Counted from the stretch's first letter, positions 34,906 through 43,954 are shown. The stretch: DNA of 56,579 nucleotides from an uncultured Bdellovibrionales bacterium (GCA_964488025.1 CAZATJ010000001.1:73104-129682), one strand, 5' to 3'. The notes: generated from the letters alone by a model not told the origin. Numbers and translations: made by a program.

Positions 34906-36426
34906 CTATTCCTTAAAACGATACTGGAGCGCCTCGGCGATGTGCGGCAGAGCTATCTGTTCCGACTCCTCAAGATCAGCAATCGTGCGCGCTACCTTGA
35001 GCACCCGCATGTACCCGCGAGCCGAAAGTTTGAGCCGATTCACCGCATCACGCAAGACGTTCCGCGACACTTCGTCAAGAACACATACTTCCTTGACTGT
35101 TTGACTGGTCATCTCGGCATTGGTTCGAAATATTTTTTCCGAAAAACGTTTCTTCTGAAATTCACGTGCCCGTTCGACTCTCTTACGAATATCGATGCTC
35201 CTCTCGCCATGTTGGCCATCCTCATCAAGCTTCTCTATTTTCAATCGCGGCACCTCGACATGAAGGTCGATACGATCCATAATCGGTCCAGATATTTTCA
35301 GCCGGTAACGATTGGCCTGGGCCGGAGCGCAGGCACATACCCGTTCCGGATCTCCGGCATACCCACAGGGACACGGATTCATGGCCGCAACAAGCATAAA
35401 GCGGGCCGGAAAACGAAGTGAGCCTTTGGCTCGGGACACCGTTACCTCGCCATCCTCGAGCGGTTGGCGCAAATTTTCAAGTACCGTCCGTGAAAACTCG
35501 GCAAACTCATCAAGAAACAACACTCCCCGATGAGCCAGGCTGATTTCCCCGGGCTTCGGATATGTACCGCCACCGACCAGCGACACCGAACTGGCCGTAT
35601 GGTGTGGAGCCCGAAAAGGGCGCTTCGATACTAAAGCATCGCCACGAGCCAGTTTCCCCGCGACTGAAAAAATCTTGGTCACCTCAAGGCTCTCATCAAA
35701 ATCAAGCCTCGGAAGAATCGTTGGGAGCGTCTTGGCCAACAGCGTCTTCCCACTTCCGGGTGGTCCGACAAAAAGCACATTATGTCCCCCGGCGGCGGCA
35801 ATTTCCAGTGCCCGTTTGGCATGCTCCTGCCCGCGGACATGCGCCATATCGGATTCAGCATCCTCTTCTCTTAATTCCTCCTCCGGTCGTATATAGGGCG
35901 CAATAATTGTCTCCCTCCGCAAATGCTTGATGAGGTCGAAAAGATTCTTCACCGGAATAACGTTGATACCAGAAACCAGTGATGCCTCCTTGGCATTCTC
36001 TTCCGGAACATACACTTCTTCAAAACCGTTTTCTCTGGCAAAAAGAGCGATTGGCAACACGCCATGGATTCGCCGCACCATACCGTCGAGAGCCAGTTCT
36101 CCGACGAAGAGCCGCTGATTATGATTGAATGTTATCTGTTCGGTGGCCAAAAGGAATCCGAGCGCCATGGGCAAATCATAGATCGGTGTATTCTTGGGCA
36201 GATCAGCGGGAGCTAAATTAACCGTGATACGACCGCTCTGATGGGGCGGCTTGAAGCCGCTATTTTTCAGAGCAGCACTGACCCGATCGCGAGATTCCTT
36301 GATAGCCGTATCAGGCAGACCGACCAAAGTAAAATTATGCAGTCCCTGAGGAAGGACATCTACCTCCACCTCGACCAGAACACTCTCCAAACCAAGGGTT
36401 GCCGCAGAATAGACTTTTGCTGACAT
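34906..36426 (-). CDS. comM: YifB/ComM Mg-chelatase-like AAA+ ATPase
   Basis: VGLPD.A.KESR.RV, GPPGSGKT, RPFRAPHH, GEISLAHRGVLFLDEF, NPCPCG. Confidence 0.94.
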   Translation of the reverse strand: MSAKVYSAATLGLESVLVEVEVDVLPQGLHNFTLVGLPDTAIKESRDRVSAALKNSGFKPPHQSGRITVNLAPADLPKNTPIYDLPMALGFLLATEQITFNHNQRLFVGELALDGMVRRIHGVLPIALFARENGFEEVYVPEENAKEASLVSGINVIPVKNLFDLIKHLRRETIIAPYIRPEEELREEDAESDMAHVRGQEHAKRALEIAAAGGHNVLFVGPPGSGKTLLAKTLPTILPRLDFDESLEVTKIFSVAGKLARGDALVSKRPFRAPHHTASSVSLVGGGTYPKPGEISLAHRGVLFLDEFAEFSRTVLENLRQPLEDGEVTVSRAKGSLRFPARFMLVAAMNPCPCGYAGDPERVCACAPAQANRYRLKISGPIMDRIDLHVEVPRLKIEKLDEDGQHGERSIDIRKRVERAREFQKKRFSEKIFRTNAEMTSQTVKEVCVLDEVSRNVLRDAVNRLKLSARGYMRVLKVARTIADLEESEQIALPHIAEALQYRFKE

Positions 36427-36450
36427 AAAACCGCTCCTTAGAGGACGATA

Positions 36451-36855
36451 TTACTCTTTTCGATATACTTTTCTCCACAATAAAAATACCACACTTGCCG
36501 AGAGAACGATATCTGCTGCGTTAAAGAGCGGGAAATACGGCAACGTCAAGTAATCGAAAACACACCCATGCCACAGGCGCTCTATCAGATTGCTTCCGCC
36601 AGCCGCTATGATCAAAAGCCACAGCAGAGAAAACGGTTCTTTTTCCACTTTCTGCCAAACAAGAAAAAAAAGTAAGAGCACTCCGACGACAAGCACAGAC
36701 AAAATCATCGAGGGCACTGGTATGCCCAGTGGCCCGCCAACATTACAGAGAACATTCCCCGTCAGAGAAATACGAGCCCAATACGCAATTCCTTGGAACA
36801 AACAAAGAAAAAAGGCCAAAAAAAGAAAGTTTTGGAATATTCTTTTTGGCTGCAT
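36451..36855 (-). CDS. lspA: Signal peptidase II
   Basis: GGSNLIERL..G.VFDY...FNAADI with both catalytic Asp residues. Confidence 0.82.
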   Translation of the reverse strand: MQPKRIFQNFLFLAFFLCLFQGIAYWARISLTGNVLCNVGGPLGIPVPSMILSVLVVGVLLLFFLVWQKVEKEPFSLLWLLIIAAGGSNLIERLWHGCVFDYLTLPYFPLFNAADIVLSASVVFLLWRKVYRKE

Positions 36856-36864
36856 AGAAAAAAA

Positions 36865-37209
36865 TCAAAGGGCAGTCCGGGCAGCAGGATAAGCTTCCAA
36901 ACGGTCAAGGGCAATCTCCTTGCCGGTTTCCTCGCAAATGCCGTAGACTCCCTGTTCCATCTTTATCAGAGCATCATTAACATCCTTGAGTTGAGCCTCT
37001 AGATTCTGTTCCAAACCCAAATTATCAACGTATTCTTCGACTTCGGAAGCATTCTCATCCGGATCAGTGCCCATATCTTCGATACGGGTCTCATACCCTC
37101 CCACGGCGCCCGTCGGAGTAGCAAAACGTGACAACTCACTTTCCAGATGATTCTTTTCTGACAGTAATTTTTCCTTCAGTTTTTCGAGTGTCTGAATATC
37201 CAATGACAT
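36865..37209 (-). CDS. TraR/DksA-family protein with one remaining Cys
   Basis: Coiled coil with DPDENA tip, AL.KM..G.YGICEETG.EI...RLEAYPAA. Confidence 0.85.
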   Translation of the reverse strand: MSLDIQTLEKLKEKLLSEKNHLESELSRFATPTGAVGGYETRIEDMGTDPDENASEVEEYVDNLGLEQNLEAQLKDVNDALIKMEQGVYGICEETGKEIALDRLEAYPAARTAL

Positions 37210-37321
37210 ACACCTATCAGTATCAAAAAATTAAATCGTTCATTGTTCCATGAGTATAGCAAAAGAAATGCTTCGCCGTCCAGACTTAAAAAATTTTGCT
37301 CTCTCGCCCCTCCTCCTGACC

Positions 37322-37711
37322 CTAGAAAAAGATATGCTCAAGATGTCGAATAAAGGCCTTTTTGAGATGAGAGTCGTACAGAATAGAAAGGGCATCAAAA
37401 TGATATGGTCTCGCCTGACACCGCTCCTCCCTCAGATAACACTGAGCAATCCGTTCCAGTTTACGCAATTTATCTGAAGTGATGTTGGCTTCAGGAAGTA
37501 TGCCGCTTTCTTCTGACCCGAGACGACTCTTCACTTCGATAAATACCAATTCTTGGCCTTTTTCAGCCACAATATCGATTTCCCCAAGACGCCGACCGCG
37601 AGCATTACAATAGTTCGTCCGCAGTATCCTGTAACCTTTATCTTTGAGATAGCGGCACCCCAGATCCTCACCGAGAGACCCGAGACCGGAAGCGAGATGG
37701 AATGTTCCCAT
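37322..37711 (-). CDS. yraN: YraN family PD-(D/E)xK nuclease
   Basis: G..GED....YL..KGY.IL..N, GEIDIVA, FIEVKSR, K..KL...A..YL, FD. Confidence 0.92.
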   Translation of the reverse strand: MGTFHLASGLGSLGEDLGCRYLKDKGYRILRTNYCNARGRRLGEIDIVAEKGQELVFIEVKSRLGSEESGILPEANITSDKLRKLERIAQCYLREERCQARPYHFDALSILYDSHLKKAFIRHLEHIFF

Positions 37712-37747
37712 AGCTCTAACCTACCGGAAAAATCATAAAATGACAAC

Positions 37748-38312
37748 AAAAAAACCCATCTCTGGGAATTCAAATCCTGCCCCAATCCGCTTTATCCGAC
37801 CACCCTGATTAAAATAATGTTGGTGTCCGGGCGTACGACGCCCAAATAATAAAATCTTGGCTGTACGCCCGAACGTTGCATGTGCCAACAGATATCTAGG
37901 TTACGTAGCTCCGGGTGAGAAAGCATCGGTAATCCAATTGAAATCTGTGTTTTGTGCAGATGCATTTTCGCAGTAGTCCTAACGTTTCTACTACTTCTCC
38001 CTTCACCGTTCTCTGGCACTTGGCCTTTGCGATATTTATAAAGAACTTGTTTTTCTGTTTCTTTTTGTTTTTCTCTCGAAATACTTTTTTTATTGCGTAT
38101 TTCTTGAGGAACTTTTTGTTTTTGTTTTAGTCCCCATGTTAGGATGGGGCGGCTGTGGTACATTGCCACAACTCTTGAACAGTGAAAGAATCCCCTCTAC
38201 AATGAAAAACATTGCCATAGGAGACTCTTTCACCGTTCAGATAACGGTTCACCATCCGCCAACTGGCGGTAACGATAAAGGAAGCGGGTTGTCAAAGAAA
38301 TCTCAATGTCAC
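37748..38312 (-). ncRNA. Candidate large structured ncRNA (unidentified)
   Basis: Near-consensus promoter, about ten predicted helices including a 5'/3' closing helix, U-tract hairpin at the end, no convincing ORF. Confidence 0.55.
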
Positions 38313-38318
38313 AAATCA

Positions 38319-38347
38319 ATTATAGCAGAAAAGTAGCTCTTGGTCAA
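38319..38347 (-). promoter_or_regulatory. Strong sigma70-like promoter
   Basis: TTGACC (38342-38347), 17 bp, TATAAT (38319-38324) with TGn extension. Confidence 0.8.
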
Positions 38348-38484
38348 TCGGTACTCATGAAAAAACCCTTAGATAAAACTTTTTTCCCCTTAAAAAATAT
38401 CTTTACTCGAAAAACAGCGGGAAGCTGAATAAAATTAAGTCGATGACTTATTTTTTCATATTAAAAAATCCTTTTCCCAAGCCG

Positions 38485-39540
38485 TTACTTCCGCTTTTTA
38501 TCAAGAATCGCCCGCAAAGTATCCTTGCTCGTACCAATGAACCATTCATTATCCCGAAGCGTGAAGTCAAATGAAGTACCCTGTGCCTCATCAATATTGA
38601 CGAAACGAACTGTGTCGGTGTTATAGACTCCGGAACGAAAGACCACTTCACGTGCCACGGTGCTACCAGGAAATAAGAGCGGGCGGAAAAGCAAAGGGAA
38701 GGTTTTTTCCTTTTGAATCAACAACTTTTCCCCAATCGAAGCATCAACCAGCGTCAGCCTAAGACCCAACCTTGCTTTCCCGCCATCATCATACAAAAAA
38801 AGAGAGAACGGCTCCCCAAGGACAGCCACCACCTCTTCCGAAAGCCCAAGATCCATCAAAAAGGCGAATCGGCTAAAAGCAATCGGGTTGTTATTTTTAT
38901 CCGTCAGAAAAAATTCAACCGGTTGTGCCATGCGAGCAGCCGCTATTTTAGCGCCCGTCTGATCCAAAAGAATCCTGAAAGATTGAGCCGTGACCGTTTC
39001 GGTGTCGATAGAAAGATAATTTGGAGCGTCAGCAACAAATGGTGGCTGAGGCAAAGGAGTTTCCATCGCTGGCTCCGGAACTGATATGCTTTCACTGACA
39101 GGTTCCGAAGAAACAACTTTTTCTCCTCTCCATCGCAACAAATACCACGTTCCGAAACCTCCGATACCCAGAAGAAGGATCAGCCCGATAAAAACCATCA
39201 AGATCTTCTTCTTTGAACCAGTGAAGGATGAAAAAAAACCTTTCAATAGAGCCTTTTTGGTGGATGTCGGGGAAGAGGCCTCTGGTTGGGTTATTTTTCC
39301 TGAAGGAATGCCCGTTTCCGAAAAAGACTGCTCTGGCTCCCGGATACCCTCTTCCGATGTCATACCATTAAGAAAAGGGCTTGTTCTTTGTGGCGGACTG
39401 TTTTTTTTACTCGGGACATGAGGAAAAAGACTCGCCTTCTCCGTACCTTTCTGATTCATCACGCTCACGGCACTAAGAATATTCCGCGACACCATCTGTC
39501 GCGAGGTTTCTTTTTCTGAAGAATGCGAAAAAAGATTCAT
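38485..39540 (-). CDS. Single-pass membrane hypothetical protein
   Basis: Low-complexity Ser/Pro N-terminus, one TM helix, folded C-terminal domain. Confidence 0.78.
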   Translation of the reverse strand: MNLFSHSSEKETSRQMVSRNILSAVSVMNQKGTEKASLFPHVPSKKNSPPQRTSPFLNGMTSEEGIREPEQSFSETGIPSGKITQPEASSPTSTKKALLKGFFSSFTGSKKKILMVFIGLILLLGIGGFGTWYLLRWRGEKVVSSEPVSESISVPEPAMETPLPQPPFVADAPNYLSIDTETVTAQSFRILLDQTGAKIAAARMAQPVEFFLTDKNNNPIAFSRFAFLMDLGLSEEVVAVLGEPFSLFLYDDGGKARLGLRLTLVDASIGEKLLIQKEKTFPLLFRPLLFPGSTVAREVVFRSGVYNTDTVRFVNIDEAQGTSFDFTLRDNEWFIGTSKDTLRAILDKKRK

Positions 39541-39615
39541 ACAGCTTATACAAAAACACCAGGGAGGCTCATGCCTCCCTTAGTATACAAGAAAATTTCC
39601 ATCTCCGATAGAGAG

Positions 39616-41736
39616 TTACGCCTGTTCTTGTTCCAGACGCTTCTTTGCTGCCTTATGGGAAAGATTAATCCTTCCCTGATTATCAATTTCTTTGACAATC
39701 ACCGGCAAGATATCACCGACCTTCACCATGTCTTCGACACGATCAACGCGTTCATCGGAAAATTCAGAAATATGCACCAATCCCTCCTGATTCGGCAAGA
39801 CTTCAACAAAGGCCCCAAAATTCATAAGTCTCGTCACTCGTCCCTGAAAGAGCTCTCCAGCTTTGACCTCGCGAGTGATATTATTCACCCACTCGACAGC
39901 CTTTTTGGCGCTCGTTTCATCGGTCGAAGTGATAAAGACTGAACCATCATCCTCGATATCGATAGAAACACCGGTCTCATCGATAATCTGATTAATCATC
40001 TTTCCTCCAGGGCCGATAACATCTCGGATCTTCTCCGGATTGATATGGAGCGTAATGATGCGCGGTGCATAGGGCGACATGACTTCTCGTGGTGCCGGAA
40101 GCACTTCAAGCATCTTACCCATAATGAACATCCGGGCTTCTTTGGCTTGAGCAATAGCGATACCGAGCATTTTTGGCGTCAGACCATCAATCTTCACGTC
40201 CATCTGCATCGCCGTGATACCATCCTTCGTTCCAGCAACCTTAAAGTCCATGTCTCCATAGTGATCTTCCAGTCCCTGAATGTCAGACAATACTTTGTAC
40301 GAACCGTCTTTTCCAGTCATCACTCCCATGGCGATACCAGCCACCGGTTTTTTAATCGGCACGCCGGCATCCATAAGCGACAGCGTCGAACCGCACGTCG
40401 ATGCCATTGAAGAAGAGCCATTCGATTCCAGGACTTCCGAGACCAGCAAGATGGTGTAGGGAAAATCTTCTTTGCTTGGTAATACCGGAAGGAGGGCTTT
40501 TTCTGCCAGAGCTCCGTGTCCAACCTCGCGACGACCAGGACCGCGCATCGGCTTCACTTCGCCTACGGAATACGGAGGGAAGTTGTAGAAATGCATATAC
40601 CGTTTCTTTTCATCGGTTTCCATGGTATCAACAACCATTTCATCGCCAGGGGCGCCCAATGTCGTCACGGTCAAGGCCTGTGTTTCTCCCCGAGTAAAAA
40701 TTCCGGTTCCATGAGTGCGCGGGAGTACGCCAACCTTACACCAGATAGGACGGATCTCCGTCAAAGCGCGCCCATCAGGACGAGCCTCTTTTTCCAGAAT
40801 ATTGCGATGAACCGCCTCATCGGACACTTCATCCGTAATTAGTGACAACAATTCTGAGAGATTCTTCTGTTCAGGATATTTTAGAGCAGCATAATCAGCG
40901 ATTTTCGCGTTCACCTCAGCCGTCTTTGCCTCCATAGCCTGCTTCGGCAAAAGATACAGAGCTTCAGCTAACCCTGATTCCATAGCCACTCTGCGAATAT
41001 CAGCTTCGAATTCCTCGGAACCGCGAAGCATGGCGGCCGGTCGTTTTTCCTTGCCGGCTTCCTTTCGGATATTCTCGATGAATGTCGCGATCTTCTGAAT
41101 AGCCTCAAAACCGAACTGGAAAGCCTCTGCCATTTTTTCTTCAGTAATTTCATTGGCGCCCGCCTCAATCATGTTAATTTTGTCCTTGGTCCCAGACAAA
41201 AGTAAATCCAAGGCGCTATTTTTACGCTCTTCGCTCGTAGGATTGAGAACAAAACCGCCGGCATCAACGATACCGACCCGTACTGCCCCAATCGGACCAT
41301 TCCAAGGAATATCTGAAAGGGCCAACGCTGCCGAGGCGCCGATCATGGCTACCACATCCGGATCGTTCTCTCCATCAATGGAAAGCGTCGTCACAATCAC
41401 TTGGACCTCATTGCGCATCCTATTATCAAAGAGCGGCCGTACGGTACGGTCAACCGCGCGACCAGAAAGCACCGCATCATCCGATGGTCGGCCTTCGCGC
41501 TTGATGAAGCGCGATCCTTTTATTTTTCCTGCGGCATAATAACGCTCTTCATAATCCACCATGAGTGGGAAATAGCCCGTAATCTTGGACATTTCCTTAC
41601 TCATCACCGCGGTCGCGAGTACCACAGTATCGCCATAGCGCGCCGTCACTGACCCGCTCGCCTGCTTAGCAAGCGTCCCCGTCTCAATAACGAGCTCTCG
41701 TCCCCCCAGTTGGAGAGACCATTTTTGCTCTTGCAT
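39616..41736 (-). CDS. pnp: Polyribonucleotide nucleotidyltransferase
   Basis: Two RNase PH domains (RREVGHG, ESNGSSSMA, GDMDFKVAG), KH and S1; start placed at ATG 41736. Confidence 0.97.
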   Translation of the reverse strand: MQEQKWSLQLGGRELVIETGTLAKQASGSVTARYGDTVVLATAVMSKEMSKITGYFPLMVDYEERYYAAGKIKGSRFIKREGRPSDDAVLSGRAVDRTVRPLFDNRMRNEVQVIVTTLSIDGENDPDVVAMIGASAALALSDIPWNGPIGAVRVGIVDAGGFVLNPTSEERKNSALDLLLSGTKDKINMIEAGANEITEEKMAEAFQFGFEAIQKIATFIENIRKEAGKEKRPAAMLRGSEEFEADIRRVAMESGLAEALYLLPKQAMEAKTAEVNAKIADYAALKYPEQKNLSELLSLITDEVSDEAVHRNILEKEARPDGRALTEIRPIWCKVGVLPRTHGTGIFTRGETQALTVTTLGAPGDEMVVDTMETDEKKRYMHFYNFPPYSVGEVKPMRGPGRREVGHGALAEKALLPVLPSKEDFPYTILLVSEVLESNGSSSMASTCGSTLSLMDAGVPIKKPVAGIAMGVMTGKDGSYKVLSDIQGLEDHYGDMDFKVAGTKDGITAMQMDVKIDGLTPKMLGIAIAQAKEARMFIMGKMLEVLPAPREVMSPYAPRIITLHINPEKIRDVIGPGGKMINQIIDETGVSIDIEDDGSVFITSTDETSAKKAVEWVNNITREVKAGELFQGRVTRLMNFGAFVEVLPNQEGLVHISEFSDERVDRVEDMVKVGDILPVIVKEIDNQGRINLSHKAAKKRLEQEQA

Positions 41737-41760
41737 AGACTTTTTGTCCTGCAAGCAAGC

Positions 41761-41889
41761 TAATAAACACGCGACCGAAGCTCTCAATGTTTGAGCCACA
41801 CTCGTGTACCTATTAACCGTTACTTACAGAACAGAAACAATAATTAAACGACTCCCTCCACTCTATCCTTATTTTATCTCTTTTGTCAA
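41761..41889 (-). promoter_or_regulatory. pnp promoter and long leader hairpin
   Basis: TTGACA (41884-41889), 18 bp, TAGAGT (41860-41865); minus strand TAATAGGTACACG...CGTGTTTATTA stem at 41761-41815. Confidence 0.55.
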
Positions 41890-41929
41890 AGAAGCCCCAC
41901 ACGGTTTCTTGCGAAAGAGTGTGGGGCTC
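41888..41929 (-). terminator. Terminator after the NYN gene
   Basis: GAGCCCCACAC...GTGTGGGGCTTCTTT on the minus strand. Confidence 0.72.
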
Positions 41930-41949
41930 CGAGAATTTCCAAACCTCCT

Positions 41950-42447
41950 CTAAATCAGGAACTGCTTCTTGTTCTCTGAAAGATTCGTGAAGTCATCGGC
42001 CTGCTCAATCAGTTTGCCCGAAGCCGATTCAGCAAAGGCCATCACCTCTACCCGACAACCACTGGTATTCTGAAGATACTCGACCAGCGAGGTATAATCG
42101 CCATCTCCCGACACAATGACAATAGCATCAAGTTTGGGTGCCATTTTTATCGCATCAATGGCGATACCTACGTCCCAATCACCTTTTTTCGAACCATCCG
42201 GAAAAATCTGCAGATCCTTGGTCTTCACTTCGTAACCGCTCTTTTCCAATGCTTCGAAAAACTTCTCCTCTGTCGCTTCGACCGTCTTGATGCCGTAGGC
42301 GATAGCCCGGATCGGTTTGCGGTCGCTGATGGCCGACAAAAGCACATTCTTAAAATTGACCTTCTTGCTGTACAGCACACGAGCGCTATAATACATATTC
42401 TGTATGTCGACAAACACTCCGACTCTCTGTTCTGCAAACTTTGCCAT
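41950..42447 (-). CDS. NYN-domain (LabA/DUF88) putative ribonuclease
   Basis: VFVDIQN, KGDWDVGIAIDA, VSGDGDY acidic motifs; start placed at ATG 42447. Confidence 0.9.
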   Translation of the reverse strand: MAKFAEQRVGVFVDIQNMYYSARVLYSKKVNFKNVLLSAISDRKPIRAIAYGIKTVEATEEKFFEALEKSGYEVKTKDLQIFPDGSKKGDWDVGIAIDAIKMAPKLDAIVIVSGDGDYTSLVEYLQNTSGCRVEVMAFAESASGKLIEQADDFTNLSENKKQFLI

Positions 42448-42640
42448 AAATGTCTTCGAGTGAAACGAGAAGCTACATTTATGAGCATCCCGCTTCAATT
42501 CTTTTATAAAAACTTATCTTCACTCATTAAACGTGAGCCGCAGGCGGATCCGAGACACCAGCTCCCGTTTTCTCCCATCAAAATCGGAATTGGTGCGGGA
42601 TAGTCATACTTTGTAACTCACTCTCCAAAAACAAAAGGGC

Positions 42641-42904
42641 TTAGAGCCCCAAAGTCTTTATGAGAGTCTTGTACGACTTCTCGTTTGTTTTCTCCAGATA
42701 CGAAAGAAGCTTCTTGCGCTTGGAAACCATCTTAAGCAATCCGCGCCGAGAATGAAAATCTTTTTTGTTCTTCTTCAGGTGGGTCGTGAGACGCTTGATT
42801 TCTTCGGTAAATTTGGCAACCTGATATTCCGGAGAACCAGTGTCCTTATCATGTCGCTTTACTCCCCCTGTCACCTTTTCCTTTTGCTTGTGCGTCAGTG
42901 CCAT
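42641..42904 (-). CDS. rpsO: 30S ribosomal protein S15
   Basis: HDKDTGSPEYQVA...HL..NKKDFHSRRGLLKMV.KR.KLL.YL. Confidence 0.97.
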   Translation of the reverse strand: MALTHKQKEKVTGGVKRHDKDTGSPEYQVAKFTEEIKRLTTHLKKNKKDFHSRRGLLKMVSKRKKLLSYLEKTNEKSYKTLIKTLGL

Positions 42905-43099
42905 AGCATTCTGTCAGCAGTGTATTCGTCTTCACTCCGCAAAAGTCCTGGGGACAAGGGCGAGTCAAAACCAATCCACGCTCGTGATAAAAATTAACAA
43001 TGGAAGAGTAACACGCTTCCGAACTTTTGGCAACCTCAGTGTTCTGTAGACAAAAAAACGCTTCTCCTATAGCCTAGAAACATACCCTTTCCCTCATTT

Positions 43100-43927
43100 A
43101 TGCCAAAGAAAAAACTGATTATCGTAAAACTTGGCGGGAGTGTCGTGACCCTGAAGCACCTCCCCTCTCCAGCGGTCAGACGCGCCCATATACAGCGTGT
43201 TGCCGCCATGCTCCGCAAACGGTATGATCCGAGCCGTCACGCGCTGATTCTCATTCATGGGGCCGGCTCATTCGGCCATGGACATGCCTACCGGCATAAA
43301 CTCGCCCTCGGTACCAAAGACCACCCAGAAAAAACTTTTCGAGCGGTCGAGAACCAATCCCTCGATGCTCTCCTCAATTCAGAAATAACAACGATTTTTA
43401 TCGCCTCCGGACTCCCGGTGGTCGGCATGCCCACCAGGACACTCGCCATCAATAGACAAGGGAAGCTCGCGTCGCTTTCGATAAACACTATCTCGGCCGC
43501 CCTTGAGACAGGCGCTATTCCCCTGCTCCATGGCGACATGATTTTCGATACCGCCTGGGGCCTTTCCATTTGTTCCGGCGATGTTCTTGTTTCAGAATTG
43601 GCGCGCATTTTTTCGGTAGAAAACGTATTCTTTGCTTCCGATGTTGACGGCATCTTTTCCGCGGATCCCCATCGCTTTCCGGATGCGGTTCTGATTGAGA
43701 AAATGCCTCTCTCTGAAATCGCCCGTGGTATTATCAGACTCGATTCATCCCACAACATCGATGTTACCGGTGGACTTTCAAAAAAATTTTCGCTCTTTCG
43801 TACAAACACTTCACTCAAAAATATCTACCTCTTCAACGGCCTCGTAGCCAAAAATTTTTCTTACATCTTTGATCAGAAGCTTTTTTTTGGCACAACCATC
43901 CGAATAAAAAAAACGGGGCGAGGGTAG
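43100..43927 (+). CDS. Isopentenyl phosphate kinase (amino-acid kinase fold)
   Basis: KLGGSVVT, HGAGSFGH (IPK signature His), HGD, SGD, SDVDG, DVTGG. Confidence 0.85.
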   Translation: MPKKKLIIVKLGGSVVTLKHLPSPAVRRAHIQRVAAMLRKRYDPSRHALILIHGAGSFGHGHAYRHKLALGTKDHPEKTFRAVENQSLDALLNSEITTIFIASGLPVVGMPTRTLAINRQGKLASLSINTISAALETGAIPLLHGDMIFDTAWGLSICSGDVLVSELARIFSVENVFFASDVDGIFSADPHRFPDAVLIEKMPLSEIARGIIRLDSSHNIDVTGGLSKKFSLFRTNTSLKNIYLFNGLVAKNFSYIFDQKLFFGTTIRIKKTGRG

Positions 43928-43937
43928 ATACGCCCCG
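43906..43937 (-). terminator. Terminator after the Nudix-like gene
   Basis: CGGGGCG/CGCCCCG stem with an A-run at 43906-43913 (U-tract on the minus strand). Confidence 0.65.
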
Positions 43938-43954
43938 CTCCGCAGCTTGATTGC

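Noticed and set aside
37792-38169. 125-aa minus-strand ORF
   Set aside because: Low-complexity, no recognisable motif, no RBS, and it overlies dense RNA helices; more likely incidental
37748-38312. RNase P RNA identity (shares AAGTGCCAGAGAA, CACCCGGAGC and CTAGATA words in the right order)
   Set aside because: The essential GAGGAAAGUCC (CR-I) and ACAGAACCCGGCUUA (CR-V) segments that form P4 are absent; a covariance-model search is still advisable
37748-38312. tmRNA identity (A-rich short ORF with stop in a hairpin loop, long closing helix)
   Set aside because: No tRNA-like domain (no GG...TTCGAC 5' end, T-arm or CCA) in standard or permuted order, and the peptide does not end in an Ala/hydrophobic tag
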